Assembly: GCA_001949185.1 (NCBI GenBank)
Contig: BDGG01000007.1
Span: 248,001-312,000 of the forward strand
Source of the DNA: Ramazzottius varieornatus
Taxonomy: Eukaryota; Animalia; Tardigrada
DNA: 64,000 nucleotides
Direction: 5' to 3'
Part shown: positions 36,736 to 63,637 of the stretch, piece by piece
How the letters are laid out: each line of letters opens with the position of its first letter
Position numbering within the stretch: position 1 is the first letter of the stretch
Made by a program: the position numbers and the translations under genes
The notes under the pieces: model-generated
The model's input: only the letters and a program-made list of their open reading frames with translations
The model's database searches: none
What the model was told of the DNA's origin: nothing

Positions 36736-39408
36736 ATGGCAGAGCCATTACCAGCTGAAGGACGATCAAATTCCTCCACTTCTCTTGGGAGAGTCGAGAA
36801 GAAATACCCTCTACACCTTGCCGTATGGAAGAATGATGTCGCTGGACTGCGGAAACTCTGTAGCTCTCCGGTCGATAAGGTAAGAAAGAGTTTTCATGCA
36901 GGAATACTTCTACGAGTTGGTTCTTGCTTGTAGGAAATGCTGGAGAAGAAAGATCCTCGTGGACGTACACCACTCATGCTAGCCGTTTGCCTGGACCACT
37001 TCGAATGTGCCCAAATCCTTCTAGAAAGTGGAGCAACTTGTGAGAACTCTGTACGCACAGCAGACGGATGGGCAGCGGTCCACGAAGCTACATGCACAGG
37101 CGATGTCGAGTTGCTTTCCCTCATCCTCCAATATCGCGACTCTGCTCGGTCTTCCCTGACACGCGACCTGGACACTGTCATCCTAAGTCGTCTCCGTGAA
37201 GTACCCGACTTTTACGTCGAGATGAAGTGGGAGTTCTCCTCGTGGATACCTTTTGTTTCGCGACTATGTCCCAGTGATGTTTGTCGAATTTACAAGGTGA
37301 ATGATTATTTTTAGCTTGGGGGTTCTCAACACGGCTCATATAAAGAGTGTACGGCACTGGGTTGGTACAAGGTCGTGCTGGAGGCACACATGTGACCATG
37401 CAGTCTGTGCCTTGGAGCCTTGTGAGTTATCAAATTTTCAGCGATTCTGGTGCTCGATATTGTCTGTTCTTTGTCCAGAAAGGTGCCTGTGTCAGGTTAG
37501 ACACTACTCTGGTTGGTTTTGAGAATAACGCCTGGACAAGAGGTTCGAGAAGTCTGCTGTTTGTGGAGAACAACGGTGAGATGGCTTTCCACGAAGTGGA
37601 CCACGACGCTAAAGTTGTCAGAACAGAGAAAGCTGCCGCCAAGTCCAACAGAGAACCTTCCGATATCCATTCTTCCATACCGTCCGATGCGACGTTGCAG
37701 CAGAGAATGCGGACACCGGTGATGCTGACCACGATCGACGCGCAGAATATCAAGTTCGAACGGAGCAAGAGCGGATTCCTATGGAGGGCCGACAAGGTCG
37801 AGCAGATTGGGGGCCATGAATGCAAAGTCTTTCATGCGTCGAACGTGACTTTTGTCACAAGGATACGGTCGGAGCACCTCACGGAAAATGACAAGGTAAA
37901 CTGCACCATGTTTTCTGATAAATTCTCGAAAATCGGATATTTTGCTCGGTATGGGTCGATCAAATAGGAACCGCTGTACAGTTTAGTGAGGAGTCTTTGG
38001 GTGCGCCATGGTCTCTATTTCAACTAAAACCTGACTGGTCTTTCCATTGCAGAAACAACTTCGAGACGAGCTTTCAAGAAATCCCCTCAATGGGCTTCTA
38101 AGTAGTGCCAGAGGAGGCAGTACAGCAACGACGGAAGAGAATGGACCATCAGCGGACGAAGTGGTAATTCACGAAGACGCTGCCTTCAACAACGGTGCGG
38201 CAAATTTGGTACGGATTTTGTTTAAGTGTTTTTATTTCGTGCCGGGGAAGTGAAGGTTTTTTTGGTTTGTAGGAGGAACAGAAGACCTTCAACCCAAGCA
38301 CGATAAAGTGCGAAGAATACTTCTCGAGGTCTGTCGATCTGGGGGATCGAGAAATTGGTCGTCCAAAGCAGCTTTCCAAACGTCAACGGACCTTCAAAGC
38401 CAACTTGTGGCTTTGCGATGACTACCCACTGTCTTTGAAGGGGCAAGTCATGCCCATCATTGACATGATGGCATCAACCAACGCGCACTTCAAAAAGCTG
38501 CAAGACTTCATTACACTACAACTTCCGTCGGGCTTTCCAGTCAAAATAGGTAGGCTTTCGGAAACTGGAGATCGGTAAACAAGCTTCGCAAGATCGTATC
38601 CCCGACGGCGCACATTTTCCATGTCACTGGCAAAACGAGTGCGGCACTTGTAAAACTCGACAAGATTTTTTTCCCAAGTGCCGCACGTTCTCAGCATTAC
38701 TGGTCGAAAGACTGCGCCACTTGGAAGAGAACCAGCGAGATTGTTCTCCCGAGTGACGCATGTTTTTAATGCTACTGGCTGGATGTGTGCACCACTTGGG
38801 AAAAGAATGTTGTCGAGTTCCTTCAACGAGGGTCCGAATATGCTCAATAACTCACCACTAAACTCGGTAGTGCTGCTTCATTCATTTCCAAACTGAGGAG
38901 TGCTATATTTTGCAGAAATTCCGCTCTTCCATGTTTTGACGGCCAGAATAACCTTTGAGAATATCTACGGCTCGTTCACGCCAGTCGATGGTGTCATGAG
39001 CACGCCTGCTTCCGAAGACGGTTCCGTTCCTGCCGGTTGTACGGTGGACGAAAGCGTCTTCAACATCCCTCCAGACTACGAGCAAGGCGCCGCGTGGTGG
39101 CAGGACGACCTGAACATCGATTTGCAAGAAACTGATCTAGACTTGGTAGAACTTCAAGCCGACCTTGAACACATACCGTAAGACTGTTCCCTGCTTTGGA
39201 TGTTTCGTTCATTCTAACGTACATGTGTACATCCTTTATTTCAAGGAATTCGGCCTCCAACGGAAACCTTAGCGAGCACGGCGATCATCTCATTCAGAAG
39301 GCCGTACAATTATCCGTCCAAGAAGAAAACGATAAGCGAAGGGCGCAAGAGGAAGCTGAGCAGAAAGATCTCGAAGAAGCCCTTCGTCGTTCGTTGGAAG
39401 AAAAGTAA
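36736..39408 (+). CDS. ANKRD13: Ankyrin repeat domain protein 13 (ANK + GPCR-chaperone domain + UIM)
   Basis: YPLHLAVW, DPRGRTPLMLAV, PDFYVEMKWEFSSWIPFVSRLCPSDV, RLDTTLVGF, LPSGFPVK, EIPLFHVLTARITF, and C-terminal UIM DLEEALRRSLEE. Confidence 0.95.
38566..38838. repeat. Triple-core palindromic element, ANKRD13 intron
   Basis: Three successive cores (~38605-38650, ~38675-38722, ~38751-38798) inside one pair of outer arms. Confidence 0.9.
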
Positions 39409-39942
39409 TATTTTGGCAGTCCTTTTTCGTTCATTTGCTCTCATGCAACACTGGTTTTTGATTTCCATTGTCCGTTCAGATTTTCGGAACTAGTTTCATC
39501 GGTGAATTTTTTCCGGAGTTCGATTTTATGAGTTTGTTATCATTATTATTTATTGAATGTGCTTTCGATATTTATTGTCCATTTTCTGAAAACTAAAACT
39601 TACGAACTGAATCAAAAGTCGATTAAGAAACGATAACAGAACGGGTTCTGTCAAGATTTAAAACTTCAAAGCATCTAAAAGACTACGAAAAAAAGCAAGA
39701 AGCTTCACCGTATACTGCACCGTACGCGACAGTGACACACCTGTGACAAAAGAGTATTATCCAGTATTTCACCACGTGTGAGCGAGACAGAAAACGTAAA
39801 GCTACGAAATAAAGGCTGTATTTGTAACAAACTGTTGTCGTATCACAGAATTGTCTCCATAAACGAAACCGAAGCTGATTACAAAAAGTATCGTCAAATT
39901 CTTTAGCGGACGTCAATAGACGTTCAAAGTTTTCTCTCGAGC

Positions 39943-42900
39943 TTACATCGCACTGTTGAGATGCTGCAAAGCCGTCCGTACTCTAAAGAAGACGCATAAT
40001 CGAATCAGAAAAATACCATTTTATCCTTTTGTTCATTTCTATTGCTTTTCGCAAAAGCAAACCAACCTTACCTTTCGAAAAGCAGCGGGTCGTCTGTACC
40101 AGACAACTTCTTCAGTTCTTTGCCGAAATTCGATTCGATCACCTTTCGTTGATTTTCACTCGAGCCTGATAAACATAAACAAATACAATTCGAAAAATTA
40201 TTTTTGCTGGCACAACAAGACGCTTTGATTTGCCTACCTGAGTGTTTATCTTCTCGTCCATTACATTCATCTCTGCAAGCCGCTAAGTTACCAATACAAA
40301 ACACGGCGCTGTTCTTGATGACCACTTCCGGATGGCTCAGTCCTTTCTTTATCACATTCAGACAGTCAGAGTTGTTCAGCACCAGCTGCTTCCCTTTGTT
40401 ACTCGCGCACACGTTCGCCAGTGCACACAAACCTTGCTCGAGCACATCCACGTCAATGTATTCAGACTGAAGAAGGGTAAGAAGGTGCAGGAGAAGGTCT
40501 TGACAGTAGCAAGACTCCATTACATCTGAAATTGAAGAAAAAAAATGGAACGTTAACGATCTGGCGAAAAAAGCCAACCAGGAGTCAACTAGAAGTGAAG
40601 ACGAAGAAGCTTACCGCGGTGGTTGTTCTCCGTTTCCGTGCTGCTGGACTGGCTGTGGACATCCCGACGGAGACGTCGCAGGATACGAGTAGCGATGTCG
40701 GGTTGACGGGGCGTGGCAGGGTATTCACCGGACGAGGAGGACGTCGGTGCGTGGAGGAGGTTGCGAAGAGTACCGACGGTGACGGCTACCACATCTTTGC
40801 TTCTGTGGTGGAGAAGGTCGTCGACGAGGGAGATGGACAGGACTTCTTCGACGTCTTTCTTGACCGAAGATGTCGCCATGTATGTCATATTCTGGAAAAG
40901 AAGTGAACCCCAACTACGACATACCGTACAATGGATATAAAGAGACGTGTCGTTTCCACATTTCTCACTGAGATTCGAAAACACTTACAAACGCTAAATT
41001 GGTATTCAGAGGACGTTCTTTGGATTTCGGCTTCTACTTCTAAGTTTCTCGTCAATTTTCAATGAATAGTCCTCCTCACGACAAGCCGTAAAACTCCGTT
41101 GATTGTGCTAATCTTGAAAGTGGATTACGAAGTTTCGCTTTCAAGATAAGCTACTCGAGGGCTGCTTATCTTGAAAGCGAAAACGGATTACTCTCTGCAC
41201 ACTTGATTCAAATTTTCAAATTCTCATCTCTCAGCTGATCTCCGTCTGCACAGTGCTTCACGTTGCGAGATACCGTTTCACGTATGGGCTTCTTGATACC
41301 TATTAGTGTCGGGGATATCGACAGACAGAGACTAGCCAGAGAGAAAACCATGAATTTCAACTTAGTCACGAGGCAAAGTTTGCCTACAAACCGACCCTGC
41401 AAAACTCGCGCATTTCCGCTCCCGTTTCCGAGACTTTCGAAAAACGCAACTTTGCCTCACTCACGACTAATTTCCGTTGATTAAGCAAACTCAAGTTTTA
41501 AAAAATGAACGGTTTGCGACATAAACAGCTCGTCGCGAGGAGGACTAATATTCGAACGTTACCATTAAAGTCCAAACGGCGTTGAGTACGACGTCATCGT
41601 TCGAGTGGACCAAAAGAGTTCCCAGCGAAGCCCAAAGACCTTTCTTGATGAGGTTCTGAAAGAAAGAGACGGCCGTACGTTGGAAAACCCCACACAAGAA
41701 TACTGAGAGATGGACGTACTAAGTGACAAGGAGAGAACTCGACGCTGACGTTAGCCAAGATGGCCGACGCTATCACAGTGACTTGTAGTCCGTGTTTGCC
41801 CTTCAGTGCCCCAAGTACCGTCTCCCAGATGTTATGGTCCTTAAAGATGGTTCTCAGTTGGTAGATGGAACGGGACATGGAGTGGAGAAGCCGAAGGGCG
41901 GCGTAGACCAGAGGAGAAGACTGCATGGCGGAGCACTTGACCACTTGCTCCATCAGCCCTTCCACATCGGCCACTCGCTTCCTGACCGACTCGCTGGTCG
42001 AAGCTAGAGATGAAAAGGCTAAGAAAGCTACACGTTTCAGTTCTTGTCCGCATTCCGTCAAGCTGACCATCTGCAACCAATTAAAGCTTTGGAATACTTG
42101 TCTTGACAAGGACCGAACACTGATAAAAACCAGTGTTCGGTCATATGGAACTTCACCTGTTTTGATCCTGATTTCTATCGAGTAGAAACCAGAGTGAAGC
42201 AACAGTACAGCAACAGTACAGCAACAGTACAGCAACAGACACAGTACCTCGGTTTCTATCTGGAACTACCGGAAGTTGATTTTCGCCTCAGCCTTACCTG
42301 ATTAGCTCGTCTTTCCTCTGCTGTCATGCGTTTCCAGTCTTCGGCAGGTGTTTTCAGGAACGCAGCGAGGCTGACTAACAGCTGGTCGGTATAAGAAGCG
42401 ATTTCTTGCAGGAAGACATCTTCGTCGACGAGGTAAGCCAGGGTTTCTGCTGCGCTCACTTTGATGTTGATAGGCTGATCTTTCCGGCAGAGCTTGGCCA
42501 AAAAGGGCAAAACCTAAACGTGAACCAATCATGGTTGTAATTCTAAGAGCTAAAAGAAGGTGAAATGTTGAATTTCTCGAAAAATGCCAAAAATCAGGAA
42601 CAAGAGTTTTACTCACCTTCGTGATGATGAAAGCGCCGTCGCAAATGGGAAAGTTCTTCCGGTAGAGAACCACGATGGCATTCAGTGCCAACAAGCGAAT
42701 CTCGGCAGTTTCTTCTGGACCGATCAGCACCAGCAGGTTTCTGCAGAAGAGTTCTTTGTACTGCAGACAGGCTTTGGTGAAGGCGGGCCTCAGTTCATTA
42801 CGCTGGACACAGGAGGAGACGAGACACAAGGCTCCTTTTTTCGCCTCGAATTGCTTGAAAGACAGCAGATCCAGGATGCATTCAATCGGCAGATTGAAGT

Positions 42901-43978
42901 CGTAAGAGTCGAGCCTGGAGGACAGAAGAAGGTTCTTTCCCAGACAAAGACTGAGCAAGTCAGGCTCAACTGCCATGAGCTCGCAGACGACTTGGCAAAT
43001 GTCAGGGGAGGAAGACATGAAGGCCAGAAGAGAACGAAGACGCTAAAAAGAAAACCCAACTCGAAGAAATATTCGATGGAAACTGAGAATGACTTTCCTT
43101 ACTTCCGGTTGAGCAGCAATGAGCTTGGTAAGTTCCTCGCGGTAGGCAGCGGAGAGAAACAGCAGACGACAGCACCGGCTAATGGCAGACAGGAGAGCAG
43201 GGTCGGAGGGCTGATGGTTGAGCATTTGGAGGAGAAGGGGAAGAAGTGAAGAACCGATGGTTCGTTCCGACGGGTTGTTGTGAAGGAAGCTGCTAAGTGT
43301 ACTGATGATTTGAACAGCGAGTTCGCTGGAGATGGTGTTGTGGTGCTCGAGGATCGAAATCAGCCTACGGTAAAAATGGAAAACATGCAGCAGCGACGAA
43401 AAGAAAGCCAACAGTGCCAAGTGCCAACTGCTCAGCTCAGACTGACGCAAGCGAACCGAGAGAAAATACAGTTCAGGTGCGCCGTTTGACCAAAGCGGAA
43501 GACCGATACGACCAATCAACAATCAGACCTGATGTCCGAATTGATTGGCTTGATTGAGCCCGTTATCTCGTAGACATTCAATCTTACCTTTGAGGAATTC
43601 CCAGCTGCACTGCGGTCGTTTTCTGAGCTCGACTGCATGTCATGACTAACCGGAGGCATCTGTAAACAGTCCAAAGATGAAGATTAGCCCCCAGAACAAG
43701 AGGCAAGTTAACAGAAAGAAGAACGTTACTTGACAGCTTCGAGGAGAACAGCCTCCTCGTGGGATGCAAGTCGTTGCATAAGTGGTTTCGCCTGATCGGG
43801 ATCCGATAACTACAAGTCAAGCCAAGGTCATGAAGTCTGCCTCACACATTTCTGGGTGAACTTAGCTTCGAAAAAACTAGACGGAGAAGGGACAAGATTC
43901 AGGAAGAAATTTCTAACTTACTTTCAGGTAGATCCCAGCTGTAAGCTTCAACTCCAACATCGCTTGGCTGGTCTCCAT
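39943..43978 (-). CDS. ARMC8: Armadillo repeat-containing protein 8 (CTLH/GID complex subunit)
   Basis: AAETLAYL, ELKRVAFLAFSSLASTSESVRKR..AALRLLHSMSRSIYQLRTIFKDH..LANVSVEFSP, NAVWTLM|NM, EQGLCALANV, AVFCIGNL. The 5' exons are less certain. Confidence 0.88.
41133..41182. repeat. Perfect 19-bp inverted repeat with 12-nt loop in ARMC8 intron
   Basis: TTTCGCTTTCAAGATAAGC / GCTTATCTTGAAAGCGAAA. Confidence 0.9.
42199..42246. repeat. Intronic minisatellite, 11-bp unit CAACAGTACAG, about 4 copies
   Basis: Tandem repeat seen directly. Confidence 0.8.
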
Positions 43979-44416
43979 CGTCGTTGCTTCCACCCTCAAT
44001 GCTCCCCACGTACACGACGAGTGACTTCCTCCTCTGACAGATCAAAACGTCCGTTGTTCGACGACGGAAAGAAAACTTGAGGAGATCCTTCTTCCCTAAC
44101 GAAGTGACGGTAGAGAAAATACGAAAACAAAAAATAAATCATTCGAAATTTTCGAATACGGAATTCAGTCCATGCAATCAATCAATCCGCTTTGCCTTAT
44201 TTGGTGCAATGGCACGCCACAGCGTGCTCTACAGTAGAGTATTTCGTTCACACTCCTGGAAATACAAAGGGTGGTGACCTTACACGTCACCAAGCCACTT
44301 GAGAAATAAGTGTGGTGTTTTCCCAGTGTTTTCATCTCGATCTTCTGTGAAATACACCGGAGAACAGCGCATCCACCGATTTTGACAATTCATCCGCAGG
44401 AATATTCCGTCAAGGT

Positions 44417-45995
44417 ATGGCGCGTTTGGATCCGCAGGAGAAAAGTGCTGTCGGCGACGGTGGTCTCGGAGATTTTGGACGACAGGATCGACCGCTGAAA
44501 GCGCACACATCTGATGCTGACTTCTCGGCTTCAACTCAAAGAAAAGATCTTATTCCTCAACGAAGCACCGCGAAGTTTTTGTTCTATGCGGTCGGAACAT
44601 TCGTCTCTTTCATGGTCTTTGGCATATTCCAGGAGAGGATGTGAGTAGACGAGCTTTTGACTTATTTTGGAGTAATAGTTTTAAGACGTATTACTCAAGG
44701 CCGTGTCGGGTCAGCCTTTGGTGGGCGTTACTCCGGCGTTAGCCAATCTGGACTGGACGGCTCTGCTGGTCGAGGTGTCTGATTGGAGGAGTCATTTGTT
44801 GTACTTTTTTGTTTGCAGAACTCGTGGAATTTATGGAACATCGGATCGATTCACCTACACCGCCAGCATGGTTTTTATCCAGTGCGTAATCAACGCCATT
44901 TTTGCTCGCATAGGTTTGTCCAGGTTCTCCTCAAATCTTGATGGAAAATATTTTTCTAAAGATTGTTTTGCTGCAGTAATGCGGCTGTCAAAGGAACCCA
45001 AAGATAGCACACCTCGGACCATGTACGGAATTAGTTCTTTGTCGTACTTGGGAGCCATGCTGTCTTCCAACCAAGCTCTTCAGTACGTGAGCTATCCTAC
45101 GCAGGTTAGAGAAGCTGCCGAGGACCTGAGAAATCTCGTTCAGAATTTTGATAAGGAATTCGGTGTAACAGGAGGAATGTTCCTTCCAGGTCCTCGGAAA
45201 GTCATGCAAGCCAATTCCTGTCATGGTCTTTGGCGCTCTCTTCGCCCACAAGCGATATTCCTTCCGGAAGTATCTTTTTACATTAATGATAGTGGTCGGT
45301 GTCGCCATCTTCTTTTACGAAGCTGGAAAGGGGCATTCCAAGCAGGAAATCAAGGCCATCGGATATGGCGAGGCTCTACTTGTAAGCCTTTCTGAAAACT
45401 TTCTCTGCTAGTTCTTTACGAAACATGTGTCTCTAATTTTCAGGTGTTCTCACTTTTGATGGATGGAGTTACGGGAGCGACTCAAGATCGAATGCGATCG
45501 AACCATAAAACACAGGCCAATTCCATGATGATGTGGATGAATATTTTCTCCTCTATAATTTTGCTCGCCTGTAAGGAATAGTCTCTGTCCCTGTAAGCCT
45601 TCTAAAGTATCTGCAGGACGTCCAGTTTTTCCATTGCAGATATCTCCGTAACAGGTGAAATCGTAGAGGTTGGTGATTTCATCAATAAATATCCTTACGT
45701 TCTGGAGCATTTGTTGACATTTTCGCTCTGCAGTGCGGTTGGACAGGTGAGAAGACATTACGGTGAAATTGGAAATTTTTTTTACCTTTGTTCCTTGCAG
45801 TACTTCATTTTTGCGACTGTGGCGGACTTTGGTCCTCTACCATGTTCGATCATCACAACGACGCGCAAGTTTTTTACAATACTCTTCTCGGTGATCTTCT
45901 ACAGCAACCCCATGTCGGGACCACAGTGGCTGGCCACATGTCTGGTCTTCGCCGGTCTGGTTTGCGATACTAAATACGGAAAATCGAAACACTAA
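44417..45995 (+). CDS. SLC35B1: SLC35B1 (ER ATP/ADP exchanger, UAA family)
   Basis: FGIFQER, SYLGAMLSSNQALQYVSYPTQ|VLGKSCKPIPVM, FGPLPCSIITTTRKFFTIL, and a C-terminal di-lysine-like KYGKSKH. The start codon is uncertain. Confidence 0.94.
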
Positions 45996-47524
45996 AGAAC
46001 TTTTTACAATATTTATTGTTTTTCCGCCTTCTTTTACGAAATTGAACAGTCCGGTTTCTGCTGTTTTTATCTACAAATTGTTTTCCATTCCTACTGGCTC
46101 TACAGCACGTCCCAGTTTCCACATTCAAACTACGATTTCGCGTGCAAACTTTGATCTTTCTTTTGTCACAAATGTTCCTTTTCTAACCAGTCGCTTTGCT
46201 CTCAGTCAGTTTTGTTCCCACTTTATTCGGGAAAATCCAGAAAAGAGTAAAGCACTTCTCACTTTCGAGTCGATCTTTTCTTGGTTTTTCGTCAGTCCGC
46301 TGAGTTTTGATGCAAGTTTCTGCGATTCTAGATCTGTAATCGCTAGCTAGCACCGCACTAGGCAGACGTCGTCAGACAAAAATATTGACGTTGAACTGTG
46401 CGAGTTCCTTGTAGAAAGCTCAACGTAGGTCGAAAACGTGGCATGGTTCAGTTCGAAGAAAAATGAGTTGGGCATTCTCATTCGGCATATTGGAACAGAA
46501 CACTTCGGAACCAACGTGCGCATGTTTTCAGTAAATTTGTTCGGAATCTGTGGCGGTGGTGGCTACACTTCCGTGGAATTCGATCAAAAGACGCTTCACT
46601 TTCTTGGTGTTCTTTGTAGTCCGCTGAAGACGTTTGGTTTCGAGTTGTTGAATTTAACGTTTTGTCAGTTTTGGGTGAACCACCGGAACCGTCGCAGGGA
46701 CATTCCTGATCACCTACCAGCAGGGTCGCAGCGGGCCCCAATGCCGGGAGCGTCGATCCATCCCGGGATGGATAGCTCCGAAGAGCTCAGTGACCCACGA
46801 CACCCGAGTAGAGCGACTCGGGAGGCTGAACTAGCGACCTCGGAAGAAACTAACTGCGCCGGGGTGTGAGAGGGGCAGCACCAACAAGGCAGCCGATTCT
46901 ACATACGTGATACCCGATTTGGCATCATACAACTTATCCATGCTGAGAGATGTTCAATACGAACCGCCTCTCTTGCGAATCCGTACTGCTGTTCTCGCAC
47001 TCTAGACCATAAAGTTCAACTTATGCGTTCGACTGTCTCAGATAGTTCATTTTCGGAGCTTCTCATGCTGGAAGCTTAACAGGTGGCGGAATATGACATC
47101 AGCATAGGACAAACTCATTGGGATAGGATACGCAGGCTTCACCGCAGTTGATACACTCTATGACATGTGATGTCATTGCGATCGATTTCCCATTGTGTGA
47201 CGTCATACTTCCTTTGCGACCGCACCTTCTTTTTCTGCATCAACAAACGCTGCTCTTGCTCCTCTTTCATCAACGAGACCTAATGATCCCCACTGCCCCT
47301 CTTGTCCTCTACTCTGCTCCGGGAATTGCAAGGATCCCTGCTAACGATGAATCAGTTTTCTCAAGCGCTTCCGGATCACTTGTGTCCAGAACGAATTAAC
47401 TAACTACCATGGCGCACCTTGATCCTTTAACTTGAACTGCTTATGCGAACACCGCGCTGATCATCTGCCATATGGTGCACTCTGCGTTTTCCTCCATGCG
47501 AGATCGCCACACAGTTTTTTAGCC

Positions 47525-60748
<13,224 letters not shown>

Positions 60749-61164
60749 CCAGTGAAGATCAAACAGAAACTAATGCTTTTGCTGTATTTTTTCACGCTTT
60801 GCTCAAAATGCACCAAAATGAATGGAAATCTTCACTGATGTATTTTAGTTAATGTCCTATTTGCGCAGCTGTTTCAACTGTTTTACGCTGCACAAGTTTG
60901 TCTTGTTTTACCCATTTTATCCCACCCCCTTTTGCACAAACTGTTTTGTAATGTTTTAAGTTTTTCATATTTTTACTTGGCTAGTCTTTGGGTCGGTTTT
61001 GTATTTGTAATGCTAGCTTTTTGCACAGTCTGGCTTGTACACTGTAGTGGCAATCACCTCGGTCTTACTTGCACTTTCTCACGATATAATTGTGAAAATG
61101 ATGAACGAGCTTCTGAAACGAACCGCAAATACTCAGGACACCGACAACTGGTGTCACTCAGATC

Positions 61165-61320
61165 GGTATCTTGAGTGGTGCGTCCTTCCATTGTCGCTAG
61201 CTGGAAGCGTGCGCCACTTGGAAAACTCGACAAGGCGATTTGCGCACGTTTTCACTTTATCAGCTGAGAGCGTGCGCCACTCGAGAAGACAAGCTGGGTG
61301 AATTCATTTGCCGACATCCC
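61165..61320. repeat. Double-core palindromic element between NF1 and troponin T (the only copy not assigned to an intron)
   Basis: gagtggtgcg..gctggaagcgtgcgccacttggaaaactcgacaag..gcgcacgtttt..cgtgcgccactcg..ttgccgacatccc. Confidence 0.88.
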
Positions 61321-61821
61321 ATCTATCGGTTGGCACGTTTATGGAAGGTCTTTCGGTCTCGCGGAAGAAGCCTGTCGGTTCGTTCTTGATACCGTACATT
61401 GGTGCTGATCGGTGTGAAGGTGGCTTCCGTATTTGGCGTGCAGGATAAGGCGCCATGCTTGCCATGGTATGCAAACAAAAGCCCGGCTAATTATATCTTA
61501 TCAAGCTCTGCGATTTGACGTAATGCAAAATGCTGCCGGTCTGTCCGCGACACGAATGTGGAGATGTATTACCTGTACATACAGACAGACTACGTAGATT
61601 CTATTTTTGAGCCCCGAAAAAAAACCAGACCGAAGCAGCGGAGACTGATGAACGATCGGAAGAAGGCAGGTGAGATTGTCAGGCATCGCTGGGAACCTTG
61701 CTGGCAGATCGGGAACGACTCTGAACATTCTCATTCCGAACTTATCGCTTCTCTTATCGCTGATATCCAAGACTCACTCGCGGAATTCTTTGTCTATATT
61801 TCGTGGATCGAAACAACAATC

Positions 61822-63637
61822 ATGTCGGACGACGGAGGATGGATGAACGAGTACGGTAGAGTGTGACTGTCCGAAGAAAAAAATGGGCAAAATGCCCTGA
61901 CTATAGTGACAATCCATGATCCATGTGCTTTATTGCAGAGAGGAGGAAGAAGTGGATGAAGTGCAAAACGAAAACCAAGAGTGAGTGAAAATCTTCCGAG
62001 GCGAATATCGACAGTTGGCAAGTGTGGTTCATTTTTGCAGGTCCGTCAAACCGGAAAAGGTTAAGAGGTATGTCTCTTTTTCCAGCAATTTACTGGTGAG
62101 ATGGTAATGGTACGAGGTCTTGGCAAATTTTGATTTTTTACAGGAAGGCACCGGTTCAAGGAGAGAAGCCAGTGGAAGAAAAGTCCGAGGCTATACTCTT
62201 GATAGAACAGAAGAAGAAGCAAGCTGAGGAGGAAGAGCTGGAAAAGATCCGGCAAGTGGAGGAGACTTTGCGCGAACAGCGTGAAAAGGAAGATGCAGAA
62301 CTCAAGATTTTGAAGGAAAAACAGGTTCGTTCACATTCCACCGTAAGTATTCCAGTGTTGGCTAACCGGTCATCCTGATACACAGGCGCAAAGGAAAAAG
62401 GAGCGCGAAATGGAAGATGCAAAGTTCGAAGAGCAAAAGCGTCTGCTGGAAGAGAAGCGCAAGCAGGAAGAGGTCAGTCTTTAAGCTGCATCCAGTTGTC
62501 GGTGATTAAACGAACTGACCGTCCGTCTGTATCTGCGGTCTGTTTTGCTCAGGAAGCTCGTAAGCAAAAGGCGGAGGAGGACAAACGCCGCAAGCAGGAA
62601 GCTGATGAGCGTCGCAAGGCGGCTCAGGTTGTGGCACAAACTGGCGGACGCAACTTTGTCATTGAAAGAAAGGCGGACAGTGGTGAGACCACCATCGACA
62701 AGGTAACCGCCGTATCGCGTTATGTAACCGTCACAGCCAAATGCTGACACGTGTGCTTTTTGATTGCAGTTCTTGAACATCTCGAAAGCCAAAGCAGAGA
62801 TGTCGCTGAACACGGGCGAACTGGAGTCCCTCAAACGCCGAACTATCGACGAGCGTGTCAAACCTCTGGCTTTGGAAAGCTTGGATTACGAGGGACTGAA
62901 GGTCAAGGCGGAAGAGCTGTGGAAGACGATCGTGCTGCTGGAAACTTCGCGCTACGATCTGACTGAGCGCGCCACCCGACAGGAGTACGACGTAAGTTGA
63001 AGTCAGCAAACGGAACGTTCTACGTACGTCATCTTAGATGGCGCACACTTGCGGTCAGTAATAACGGAGACGTGCGCCACTCACGATGACCACACTGTAC
63101 GTTTCGTTTGCCGGCACCTCCTGGTTGTTGGGGTGTGGACTAGATTCATTCTTCGATGGGGTGCACTGAAATTTTCTATCTTGTGCTTTTTCTTTGGGAC
63201 TATAGTTGAAGCAGCTAAATGAACGGCAACGTCAGACCAATGCCAAAAAGTCAGCGGCCGGTGACGCAGCTTCCGAGAGTGGTCGCTACCCTCCCAAGGT
63301 TCTGCTCTTCAGCAAGTACGAGCGTCGTACCGACAGACGAACCTTCCAGGAGCGCAAAGCCATCTTCGATGAAGAAAACCGCAAAGCCGAGGAAGAAGTT
63401 AAAGGCCCCAAGCCCAAAGTCAACCTGGTTGGATGGACAACCAAGCCACTAGGGGAGCAAGAGGAAGGTCAAGAAGAAGAAGAAGAACAGGGCAACCAAC
63501 AGGAGAACAAACAAGAGAACCAGGAGAACGACGAGCCCGTCGGTAACAATGACAATGACTACAGTCAACAAAACGGCCATCAAGAAGAAAGTGCAGTCGC
63601 AGCTGGTGGCGAAGAGGAGGAGGAAAGCGTCTGGTAA
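61822..63637 (+). CDS. TnT: Troponin T, protostome type with Glu-rich tail
   Basis: EDAELKILKEKQ, NFVIE, LWKTIVLLETSRYDLTERATRQEYD|LKQLNERQRQ, YPPKVLLFSKYERRTDRRTFQERKAIF, and an acidic C-terminus. Confidence 0.93.
63003..63122. repeat. Palindromic element copy, troponin T intron
   Basis: agatggcgcacac..acgtgcgccactc..tttcgtttgccggcacctcc. Confidence 0.85.

Noticed and set aside
38566-38838. Repeat-spacer-repeat pattern resembling a CRISPR array
   Set aside because: The context is eukaryotic and intronic, the repeats are inverted pairs, the 'spacers' are homologous to each other, and there are no cas genes.
46438-46869. 143-aa ORF upstream of NF1
   Set aside because: No recognisable motif or splice support; likely NF1 upstream or UTR sequence.
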